DNA of 64,000 nt from Haliotis cracherodii (Eukaryota). Of the stretch, positions 12,808 through 24,600 are shown in pieces; positions within the stretch are counted from its first letter, which is position 1; the number at the start of each line of letters is the position of its first letter. The notes beneath the pieces were generated by a model, which searched no databases, was not told the origin of the DNA, and saw only the letters and a program-made list of their open reading frames with translations. The translations under genes and the position numbers were made by a program. Where the stretch lies: the NCBI RefSeq assembly GCF_022045235.1, contig NW_027266270.1:25358001-25422000 (forward strand). The letters run 5' to 3'.

Positions 12808-12962
12808 GGGGCGGTCGGGTAACCTAGTGGTTAAAGCCGAAGATCCAGGTTGGATTCCCGACGTGGGTACAATGTGTGAAGCTTATTTCTGGTGTCCCCC
12901 GCTGTGATATTACTAGAATATTGCTGAAAATGGCGTAAAACCATACTCGCATACTCACTCAC
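12808..12962 (+). mobile_element. Family 1 SINE in the MTRF1L 3' UTR, inserted before the duplication (also at about 41643-41798)
   Basis: TSD TCTAATAAAAAAT. Present in both duplicate copies. Confidence 0.85.
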
Positions 12963-13566
12963 TCTAATAAAAAATAATAAATTTGAACATTATTTATGGA
13001 TTGGTCATTTGTTGTAGCAACTGGAGGGAGGGGGAATGGCATGATAAATGTTAATGTATTTGGTGGGTGGGGTAGGTCCTGAAAAACTGTAACATAAGAT
13101 GAGGGAATTAGCAAAATATGAGACAGTCCAAATAACAATCTCCCACCCTACACCCCAGCTCAACATCATACAGTAATAAATGACCAGTCCCTAACTCCAG
13201 ATGAATAGGAAGGAAATATGGAAGTGTAACATTATGGATTGATATTTATATGGATCCATTGTGACATTTGATTGCTTTGGTCATGCCCTTGGGACACAAC
13301 TCGAGGACATGTCCTTTACTGTTTATTTATATATTTCTAGTGTTAGAATGGTTGGACAGTATATATGTGAATAAGAGTGACAATGGATGAAATATGATAC
13401 ATGTTATTGAATGATGCATATTTTCTAGAAAAGTATGCATTTACATAATCATGACATTGTTGATTTTTCTGTCATAATGTATTGTATTACATATCAAATT
13501 AGAAAATGTTGAGTCAATGAAATTTCACGGTATAAATGTACTGTAAATGATAATAGTTTTGTTAAA

Positions 13567-13572
13567 AATAAA
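13567..13572 (+). terminator. Probable polyadenylation signal of MTRF1L
   Basis: AATAAA about 1.25 kb after the stop, followed about 15-20 nt later by TG-rich sequence. It is conserved in duplicate copy B near 42407. Confidence 0.45.
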
Positions 13573-13997
13573 CTGGAGGCATTATCTGTGTTATCAACTT
13601 ATCAGTGTGTTTCTAGGTTTGTCAGCACCATACCCGTGCTTGTGGGTTTCACCGAAGTGGTAAACGTCTTAGACATGCATCACTTTGGGCTTTCCTCACA
13701 CATTAAGCTGACATGATATAACTGGAATACTGTTAAAAGCGTGATTGTTATAAAGGTAGTTTACTGTACATAAGATACTGTAGAAAAGTGAACTTGTAGT
13801 TTATTTATGTGAAGTATATGCACACAAAGACATATATATGTTATAAATATATAAACATTTTTTATTAGCACTGGAAGTAGCACTGAATTAAACTGGATGT
13901 CTCTGAATAGTCTTTGTTTACTCCAACCCTGTCTCCAGTGTTGACATGTCTGTCGAGTGGTTCTCTTGTTGTACATGTAACCTTAGAAAATAACCTG

Positions 13998-14715
13998 TTG
14001 TGTGCCTCGCTGCGATGTTACATATTCCACTAGCCTTAAACCCGCCATGGTATTGTGTGCCTCGCTGCGATGTTACATATTCCACTAGCCTTAAACCCGC
14101 CATGGTATTGTGTGCCTCGCTGCGATGTTACATATTCCACTAGCCTTAAACCCGCCATGGTATTGTGTGCCTCGCTGCAATGTTACATATTCCACTAGCC
14201 TTAAACCCGCCATGGTATTGTGTGCCTCGCTGCGATGTTACATATTCCACTAGCCTTAAACCCGCCATGGTATTGTGTGCCTCGCTGCGATGTTACATAT
14301 TCCACTAGCCTTAAACCCGCCATGGTATTGTGTGCCTCGCTGCAATGTTACATATTCCACTAGCCTTAAACCCGCCATGGTATTGTGTGCCTCGCTGCGA
14401 TGTTACATATTCCACTAGCCTTAAACCCGCCATGGTATTGTGTGCCTCGCTGCGATGTTACATATTCCACTAGCCTTAAACCCGCCATGGTATTGTGTGC
14501 CTCGCTGCGATGTTATATATTCCACTAGCCTTAAACCCGCCATGGTGTTGTGTGCCTCGCTGCGATGTTACATATTCCACTAGCCTTAAACCCGCCATGG
14601 TGTTGTGTGCCTCGCTGCGATGTTACATATTCCACTAGCCTTAAACCCGCCATGGTATTGTGTGCCTCGCTGCGATGTTACATATTCCACTAGCCTTAAA
14701 CCCGCCATGGTATTG
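13998..14715. repeat. 55-bp tandem repeat, about 13 near-identical units
   Basis: Unit GTGTGCCTCGCTGCGATGTTACATATTCCACTAGCCTTAAACCCGCCATGGTATT. No spacers between units. Confidence 0.95.
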
Positions 14716-15769
14716 ACCCAAGCTGATGAAACAAACCCTATATACACAGGTAACATAATTAAATAATTAGATTAAAACTGGAGTAGAGATCTGACTCGAG
14801 TAAACTTTAATAAATTCATTAACAATTAATTCACCAAAGAATTGTTCCTGATAAATTCCATGATTCTAACTAATGCCTAGACGTTTCATTTTTTTTTTTC
14901 TCATTATTTCTTGTTTCAGGAAAATTATTCAATTCCAATATTTAGTATCTACCTATTTCCTGTGGATTATTCATAACAACATCCCTCGTTTCTAATTTGA
15001 ATCTTCTTATATCTCATTCAATCCTAATGTTCGTCAGTTTTCGTCAATTTTCTTGTAGTCCTGCCATGTTATGGTTTGATTTGTAAGGGGTTTATTGTAC
15101 ATCTACAATTTGATGAAAGCATCTTGCATCTAAGAGTAACATAAAGCAATGGCAAAAACAATTAATACCCATCATGCATCAACGCATTGCCAAATGGAAA
15201 GCGTATTTTGCATACCACCAGTGGGAAGTTATTTGATACAAAGGGGTTTGATTGTATCCTGAAGGAGTCTTTTGATCCTGAGAGGGGAGTGGTAATTTCA
15301 CTCTTGACTCTGTCCGTGGATCAGGTTACTCTGGTGTGATTTATCCTAGGACAGAATAACACAAGGCTGAAATTTAAGAAGAGGGATTTGATCCTGCCAC
15401 ACCGGCTTGGAAGCCGGACTGATACTTATACGAAACGTTGTTCTTATAAACGTAATTATACAAGTGTTTAAAAGCAATTCTTTCAAATAGTTTCCCAACA
15501 CAACTAATGAAAATATCGGCCTCTAGTTTGATACAATAGTATGGTAACATGTTTAGGTTATGGTGATGTTGTGTTTAGGTGATGTTTAGTATGTAAGACG
15601 ATAGTTAATTGCATGTGTTTAGACCCTAAACGTGTTTAGATATAACACACCAAATGCGTCTTTTGCTTAGTATTTAAACTCAAACCTAAACATTTCTTGT
15701 ATGTGTTAACATTCTAAACACATGTTTACAGTGAGTGTACACATATGTACGAAGACGTGATGTAGAAGG

Positions 15770-15936
15770 TAAGTGAGAGTGAGTATGGTTTTACGCCGCT
15801 TTTAGCAATATTCCAGCAATATCACGGCGGGAGACACCAGAAATGGGCTTCACACATTGTACCCATGTCGGGAATCGAACCTGGGTCTTCGGCGTGACGA
15901 GCGAACTCCTCAATCACTAGGCTACCCGACCGCCCC
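15770..15936 (-). mobile_element. Family 1 SINE
   Basis: Full head and tail on the minus strand. 12-bp TSD TGATGTAGAAGG. Confidence 0.88.
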
Positions 15937-16072
15937 TGATGTAGAAGGATTGGCAATGGTTGATACATATTGAATTATATCTAGCAGGATCCGTATTATA
16001 CAACATACAACACTATACATATATACAACTGGCGCACTCAACCCTACTGGATATTCACCCTCTTCCCAGGGC

Positions 16073-16423
16073 AGACCGCCTCCGTGGTTTAGTGGTAGAG
16101 CGTCTACCCGGAGAGCGGAAGGGCCGGGGTTCGATCCCGACCGCGTCATACCAAAAGACGTTAAAAGATGGTACTTGTTGTTACCCTGTCTGGCGCTCGG
16201 CATTTAAGGGGCTAAAACAAGGACTGGTCGGCTCGGAGTCAGTATACTGTGTCTGAGTGGGGTATTCACGTTAAACTGCGGCATTGTATCTCAGTGAGCT
16301 AGCACTATAAATGGGCATCTGTCCGGACTAGTACAAGCAGCCACACAAACACACAGGCGCATGCACGTCGCTATATAAGTCCAATAATCTTAGACGCGAC
16401 GTTAAACCCAATTTCACCTCACC
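16073..16423 (+). mobile_element. Family 3 (Meta-like) SINE, full length
   Basis: tRNA-like head GACCGCCTCCGTGGTTTAGTGGTAGAGCG..GGTTCGATCCC. TSD TCTTCCCAGG. Confidence 0.88.
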
Positions 16424-16879
16424 TCTTCCCAGGACAAGGGCGTTAACTGACGATAAAAGTCAAGTTTGCACGTGGACACAGATACATACTATGTTAGTCA
16501 CAATACAAGTGTAAACAACATAATAAAAGATTGACAAACTATTCACAGCAAAAATACACGAGAATATCTCAATGTTCAAATTACCACCAGACCTGCAGGT
16601 ATTGCCAAATGTAATGGCATTTAGTTAACACTAACAGACCAGTGAAGATCCTAGAGAACAGGCCTTGAACAACCTATGCTTGCCGTTAAAGGCGACTATG
16701 CTTGTGAGAGGCGACTAACTGGAACGGGTGGTCAGGCTCGTTGTCTTGGTTATTGCATGTGGTCCCAGTTGCGTAGAGCATGGTCATGATGTCAATCACT
16801 GGATTGTCTAATCCAGACTCGAATATTTACAGACCGCTGTCATATGGCTGGAGTATTGCTGAGTGCGACGTTAAACTTC

Positions 16880-16911
<32 letters not shown>

Positions 16912-17057
16912 ATAACATTAACACTCACATAGTATAAGATCGCAAACCTCGACTCTGAGTGAATTAACAGTGAGTTTTTTTGTCAGTCACACTGTGTGAC
17001 TGACTGTTGTCCGTATTTACACCTTTACTAGCTACTATCGATAATCATATTTAATGA

Positions 17058-17338
17058 GGGGGCACGGGTGGCTCAGTCGTCTAAGGCGCCGCGATTCGCT
17101 GTGAACAGTTGCGTTCCTTGGGCGCGCCAGAAACCTATGATTGTGGGTTCGAATCCCGGTTCGCCACGATTATGTTTCTAGGTTTGTCAGCACCATACCC
17201 GTGCTCGTGGGTTTCACCGAAGTGGTAAACGTTTGAAACCTGCATCACTTCGGGCTTTCCTCCCACATGAAGTTGACACCCCGCGATATAACTGGAAAAC
17301 TGTTAAACGCGGCGTTAAACCCAACTCACTCACTCACT
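17058..17338 (+). mobile_element. Family 2 SINE marking where A/B homology resumes (partner at about 45217-45486)
   Basis: GGGGCACGGGTGGCTCAGTCGTCTAAGGCGCC head and (ACTC)n tail. The 3' flanks are shared between copies and the 5' flanks are unrelated. Confidence 0.85.
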
Positions 17339-18122
17339 TATTTCATTATGAAGATAACGTTAAAGGTGTATTATGGTAAACTGTAGAGACGCTATCGCGG
17401 CATAATTATGATTTCGTTTAGTTTGCCCGAGGTATTGATGATAAAGGAGCTTACAAGTACAGTTTTCTTTGAAGAAGAATAGCTAACCAGTATGCCACGG
17501 ATGTATACGTGGTCCGTGTGATTTCACAAGTATGGATGAATGACATAAGCCATAAATGCAGATAAAGGTTTTAACGCCTTACATGTGTTTGCCTGGGAGT
17601 CATTTTGACCAGCACAACAAGAGATACAGGTCCTGGGTTATGTCCGTAGCGCGTTATCAATTTAACCCTTGGCAGGTTTAAGATACTGAAACGTGGTCCG
17701 TTAATTTGTAATATTCCCTTTTTTCAGAATTTCTCACTGCATCCAATCCTTAATATGTGGTCATAAATTATTTTTAATGAATGAAAGATCATTTTAGAAA
17801 ATATATTTTAAATCTGTAACTTTAAAAAAACTGCTCGTGCAAATAAATAACCCCGAATACACACTGCCATAGTAAAAGGGATACGCTATCCACTTTCAAA
17901 ACGAATTAAAAATTTCTATGAAAGCATACGGCTCCAGAAAAGAAGTCTTCTAGATACACCCGATACAAGGCAACGATAATGCTCCACATTAGTTATCAAG
18001 TTATTACATGAATACAGAGGAATGTAAATCTACATATATTGGCTATATAAATTTTGACACGACTCCTTCACCTCCAAACGCCCTCAGAAAACTTTGTATG
18101 GTGACCAGTGAAGCGGTTGTCC

Positions 18123-18130
18123 TATATATT
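18123..18130 (+). promoter_or_regulatory. TATA box of double-PEBP gene copy A (equivalent near 46428 in copy B)
   Basis: CCTATATATT lies about 36 nt upstream of the signal-peptide ATG and is identical in both copies. Confidence 0.5.
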
Positions 18131-18158
18131 TCACCACCCGAGGTGAGTTGCAGAAAGC

Positions 18159-18628
18159 ATGGCGTCCTCGTGTACCAGCATCGTCTTGCTCGTCTCCTGT
18201 CTAGCTTCACTGTCACAAGGTAACCCATAACGTCAGCCTTTTTAGGTGATCATATGCTGTATGTGATGTATTCCAATGTATACTATTTTTACATGAATAT
18301 CATTTAATGGTTTTGGTTCATTGTTGTTTTCAAGGTTACGTAAGATTGTTTTCGCGTCATGTAACCCTTTTTCAAAAGCGTAATATGGTCATGTTTATGT
18401 AGATAGTACCCGCATTTAACCACAGGCATGAACTTTTCAGTAAGGATTTTCAAATTGTTAAGTAAATGTTCTGCAAGTTTAGCTGACAAACATGTCGTCT
18501 AAGAAGTGAACGGGTGAATAGGTATGGCTCAACGCCGCATGAACAATCTTGCAGCTACATGAAGTCTCAAAGTAGGTGAGGTGAAATGGCGTTCAACGTC
18601 ACGTTCAAGATTATTGCACTTATACAAC

Positions 18629-18662
<34 letters not shown>

Positions 18663-21600
18663 GGGGGTGGGGTGGGGTGTTATCGTGCTAGCCCACAGAT
18701 ACCTTGCCGCAGTGTATCATGGGTAGCCCACTCGACCTGACAGACGCTCTACCCACAAGGCCAAGAATGCGAGCCCCACCCATAAGAATACTTCAAAACT
18801 TTCATTCTCACATTCCTCTATGTTGTGGCTTACTGTGTGAAATAGCCATTTGGAGAGCATGTTTTGACCATGTTATTGCGCAACAAATAACGATAAACGA
18901 AGACGGAGAAATCAAGTGACATTTTGTTCTTGGGTGTGAACATAATCATAACATTTGCTAAGGCCCTAAACAGTCACCTTCAGTCAAAGGTGTGTGCTCG
19001 TCAGCAAAAGTTGAATTCTATTTATGAGAAGTTCATTTTCTACCGGAAGCTTGAAAATACACCGTCCTTCTGCATCCCCTTTAGCTACTGTAACATTTTA
19101 TATATATTCCATTTTATTTTAAAATTCATAGGCTGAGAAACATCAAAACAAAAGCATAAATGCAAATATCAAGGCAGTCATTTGGAACTTACGTATATAT
19201 GAAGTATCAACTTTTCAAGAGTTCTTTGACTCTTTTTTATCAATTCTAAAAATTCCCTTTTCGTCGCTATTGGGCAAAACATAAAAGGTAAAAGGTAAAA
19301 AAAAGGCACCCCTAAAGCTTGACGGCTATTTGGTCAGTTCACCCCAAACGTCTGATACAACATCACCATCCTGATAAGCCGCGAAAATGTCAAGCCCACA
19401 AACACAGTACTGCTGAATACGTTATGCAAATACCGATGCTTTGTCAGATCTTGTCCTTGAGCCTGACATGACTGTCACACGTTGCACGCCGTTGCTCTTG
19501 ACATAAAAGGACGTTTACCTCGGTGCAATGCAGGCAGGTCAGGTGCGCTCGTGCTCACGCGCTGGAAAGGAAATGACATAATGGGGTATTGGGTCCGGCA
19601 TGAAACATGTCAATATTTAAAATGGTCGAGGAATGCTACGTGACAAATGGCGAGTAGAAATGGAGAATAATGGAATCAGATACCCTAGAAGAGAAGTCAG
19701 ATGCCCGACAGGGATGCGGCTGACTAACTGTTTGTAATTATAAACCTTCAGTGACGTAATCCTAAAGGTTTTATGTGGCCTTCTCGTACAAGAGAGAAAA
19801 CCGGTTTTAGATGTTTTGAAAGTCGCTCGTCAGAGATGTTTTGGCTACTGAACAGCACTCACTGCGATGCTAGCTCAAGGTCATGTGAGGAAGGATATTT
19901 TGTTTCTTTGTTGTTTAACGCCGCGCTTAGCAATCACGCAATAGGGACACGATGACATGCATCAACCAAGTCAGCGAGTCTGACAACCCGATCCTGTTAG
20001 TCACTTCTTACGACAAGCATAGTCGCCTTTTACGGCAAGCATGGGTGGCTGAAGATCCAGATGAGGAAGGATGGAAAATCCAGCAATAAATGTTACTTGT
20101 ATTTCAGTGGGGTCGAACTTCGTATACATTTTGAGGCACTGATAAATCTCTTCTTGAGGTGCATATTCGCCAGCAGGAATATAGTACGTCCATTTCTCAA
20201 GGCTCACCTATGTTGGAAATCTAAAATTGTTGAAAATGTTGTTTTGGATGGATTTTTCTTTAGGTTTTAGGTTTAAAAGTCGGATACCACACTTCCGCTA
20301 TTCCAGACCCATCGTGTTTACATTCTCAGCCAAACCGTCGGAGTCGTGTTTCATCTTGAACTTAAACAGAAAGAGCATGTGTTGTCATCCATGCTTTATA
20401 ATACAGCCTTTTGGATTTTAGTATTTCGTCGCCAATCTGACACAATCAAAAAAATTTTTGTTATTAATTATATATAATCCCCCTAACTAAATTCCACGCA
20501 TACCTTTTAGCTATACTTGCCCCCTCCACCCCTCTCTCGCCCTAACCCTTTTAATATTTGAATAGAGCAGATCAAATCAAGCCATGTCCCCATAGCCATT
20601 ATCTAAAGGATTTCCGCCTTCCCTCTTTATAGAGCATTTGGTTCCCCCTTTTCCCCTGTATAATGTTATCACGTGAGGAGGCTATTGTCTCCATGCCGTC
20701 TTACATGTGTTCAGCATGAAAAGCCCCCTTCTCGTATTCCCCCCACAGTGATTCTGGATCGGAAGAGCACCCCTTCAGTTCGTATTGTTATGTCTTGCCC
20801 CTTCTCGTATTCCCCCCACAGTGATTCTGGATCGGAAGAGCACCCCTTCAGTTCGTATTGTTATGTCTTGCCCCTTCTCGTATTCCCCCCACAGTGATTC
20901 TGGATCGGAAGAGCACCCCTTCAGTTCGTATTGTTATGTCTTGCCCCTTCTCGTATTCCCCCCACAGTGATTCTGGATCGGAAGAGCACCCCTTCAGTTC
21001 GTATTGTTATGTCTTGCCCCTTCTCGTATTCCCCCCACAGTGATTCTGGATCGAAAGAGCACCCCTTCAGTTCGTATTGTTATGTCTTGCCCCTTCTCGT
21101 ATTCCCCCCACAGTAATTCTGGATCGGAAGAGCACCCCTTCAGTTCGTATTGTTATGTCTTGCCCCTTCTCGTATTCCCCCCACAGGGATTCTGGATCGG
21201 AAGAGCACCCCTTCAGTTCGTATTGTTATGTCTTGCCCCTTCTCGTATTCCCCCCACAGTGATTCTGGATCGGAAGAGCACCCCTTCAGTTCGTATTGTT
21301 ATGTCTTGCCCCTTCTCGTATTCCCCCCACAGTGATTCTGGATCGGAAGAGCACCCCTTCAGTTCGTATTGTTATGTCTTGCCCCTTCTCGTATTCCCCC
21401 CACAGTGATTCTGGATCGGAAGAGCACCCCTTCAGTTCGTATTGTTATGTCTTGCCCCTTCTCGTATTCCCCCCACAGTGATTCTGGATCGGAAGAGCAC
21501 CCCTTCAGTTCGTATTGTTATGTCTTGCCCCTTCTCGTATTCCCCCCACAGTGATTCTGGATCGAAAGAGCACCCCTTCAGTTCGTATTGTTATGTCTTG

Positions 21601-24600
21601 CCCCTTCTCGTATTCCCCCCACAGTAATTCTGGATCGGAAGAGCACCCCTTCAGTTCGTATTGTTATGTCTTGCCCCATCTCGTATTCCCCCCACAGTAA
21701 TTCTGGATCGGAAGAGCACCCCTTCAGTTCGTATTGTTATGTCTTGCCCCTTCTCGTATTCCCCCCACAGGGATTCCGGGTCGGAAGAGCACCCCTTCAG
21801 TTCTTATTGTTATCAGAGACCACATGATATTATATGGTCTCTGTTGTTATGTCTTGCCCCTCGTCCATCTGTCGTAAACCTTGTCAGTATTTTGTTGATT
21901 AATAAAATACTAACCAAACTATGTCATGCATGAATGGATTGTCACATCACAGCTGCATGTATTATATAAATAAACTGCAAGTGATTCCTCGGCATATGAT
22001 TGGCTAACCCACAAGTCCATGTAACTAATATTCTCCTCAATTATAAACCTATTCATTGGGATCTATAGGCATTTTAACCTATTGTGAGGTTTTACTTTCC
22101 AGGCGGGTTAAATCTCATAAACAGGGACGTTGTAATGTCCCAGGGATTTTATTAATATAACTTCCGTTCAGATTGTAACATGTAATGAAATGTTAAATCA
22201 AATGACAAATGTTTTCTTTATATTCCCGGGTATCGAACTCGCAATCTTTATATCTGTAGCCCAGTGAGTGTACCACGAGGCTACAGAGGTGTTGATAAGT
22301 CTCACTGGTTTTTAGAATGTCCTTTTCAAGATCCGTACGCCAGCAACAGATATTCTAGGCACGTTTCCTAAGGTTCATGGAAAGTATGTTCGAAACATAA
22401 AAATGTTGATAAATGTTGTTTTATGTTTCTTTTTTCGGTTTATAAGTATGGAAAAACTTTTTCCCCTTGGTTTTTCCCTCTCCCCAGGGCATGCTCTGTC
22501 TACCAAACCTGGTGAGCGTGACTTGGATGATGCATACCATCGTATCCCAATTGCGTGGATCGATGCTCATGCTGTTATTCACTGGGTTCTCTGGACCAGG
22601 CTCGATAATTTACAAACCGCCGTCATGTAGCTGGAATACTGCTGAGTGCAGCGTTAAACAAACAAACCATAAAACAAAAACCGATATGTGCACATTGCGT
22701 AAATCCGCTACGCACTAATTTTTAAGTAAATGCAAAACAATTTGAAATCAAGTCGTATAATAAAATATTGTTTTCCTATAATACTATGTAATTTCTCAAT
22801 CTCAACCCTTACTCTAGTGAGCTGTCACTGGACTGTTTGCAAGGACAACTTCAACAATCAGACATGTATGACCACTGTCAAGGCCGCCCTGAATGATAAA
22901 ACCTTGTTTTGGTTTGGCACTAAGTATATGGAGATGTGTCCAAATGGTCCAGATTTTACCCAAAAGTGTACCAATCTTCGACCAAACATGAATGACTCCA
23001 TTATGAGCCGAATGTTCACCGGAAGTAACGTCACGACGGACTCGATAACCTCCATCATGAACATCACCTACCCCCGACCGCTGGAACGTAAGTAGACACC
23101 TGACGCAACCTTCACCTTGGAAGTTTGGGTTCTAACACCTTAAAAGTTTCAAACATATTTTTTTTATTAATTCAGTAATGTTTTATTGTTTATTGTTTAA
23201 CATCGCACTCAGCAATATTTCACCTTTATGACGGCGGTCTGTAAATAATCGAGAGATTGACAAAATGGCCCATCAACATCGATCTGTTCAGTTGGGATAC
23301 AGTGGTCAGTCTCACTGACTTGGTTGATGCATGTCATCGTATCCCAATTGCTTGGATCGATTCTCATGATATCTATCACTGGATTGTCCAAACTCGATTA
23401 TTTACAGACCGCCGTCAAAAAGCTGAAATATTGCTGAGTGTGGCGTTAAACAACAAACAAGCAAACAAACAAAATGTTGCTAAAAACGTCGTCAAATCAT
23501 GTTCACGACACATGTCATGATCACACCCACCCTTCTGTCGTCCTAGGCATATACACAGGATGCGGGGCAGAGATTAAACAGACTTCCAGGTCCACTTCCT
23601 TCAAAATTGACCCTCTCAACCCTCACTACAGGACGTCAGTTGATTACAGTGGCATGCCGGACGTCTCGTGGTCAGCGAAGCCCGACGTCAAATACACCGT
23701 AGTGTACTACGACACTGGCTATTTCATTGTCCACGGCATCTACGTCAACGCCGACGGTGGAAACATAACCATGGGCGAGGTAGGAAGATACGTACTTTGA
23801 GATCATTGATCACGCCGTCATATCCATGAAATACTGTTTAACGACGGTGATAAACCAAACTCACTTCCTCATTGATGAAGCTCGTGGAGCGATTTATATA
23901 CAACGGCCATAGTACCATGACACGCTGTGATAAACATGAAATAATGTTCGATGCTGTGTTAAACTAAACCCACCCACTCAACAATAAAGTCGTTGTCCGT
24001 GGTGTGGGCATGGGGAAAGTCGTTTTCAATGGTGTGAGCATGGAGAAAGTCGTCCGTGGTGTGAGCATGGGGAAAGTCGTTGTCCATGGCGGGAGGATAG
24101 GTAGAGTCGTTGTCCATAGCGGGAGCATGGGGAAAGTCGTTGTCCATGGCGGGAGCATGGGGAAAGTGGTTGTCCATGGTGTGAGCATGCGGAAAGTCGT
24201 TGTCCATGGCGGGAGTATGGGGAATGTCGTTGTCCGTGGCGGGAGCATGGGGAAAGTCGTTGTCCATGGCGGGAGCATGGGGAAAGTCGTTGTCCATGGT
24301 GTGAGCATGGGGAAAGTAGTTTGTCGTGGTGTGAGCATGGGTAAACTTGTTGGTCGTGGTGAGAGCATGGGTAAAGTCGTTGGTCGTGGTGTGAGCATGG
24401 GTAAAGTAGTTGGTCGTGGTGTGAGCATGGGTAAAGTCGCTGATCGTGGTGAGAGCATGGTTAAAGTCGTTGGTCGTGGTGAGAGCATGGGTAAAGTAGT
24501 TGGTCGTGGTGTGAGCATGGGTAAAGTCTCTGATCGTGGTGAGAGCATTGGTAAAGTCGCTGGTCGTGGTGTGAGCATGGTTAAAGTAGTTGGTCGTGGT

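Noticed and set aside
13998-14715. CRISPR-like appearance of the 55-bp array (also the 38-, 71- and 73-bp arrays)
   Set aside because: Head-to-tail units with no unique spacers, no cas genes, and a eukaryotic context.
20673-21933. Series of 61-aa ORFs
   Set aside because: Artefacts of a 73-bp unit cycling through reading frames.
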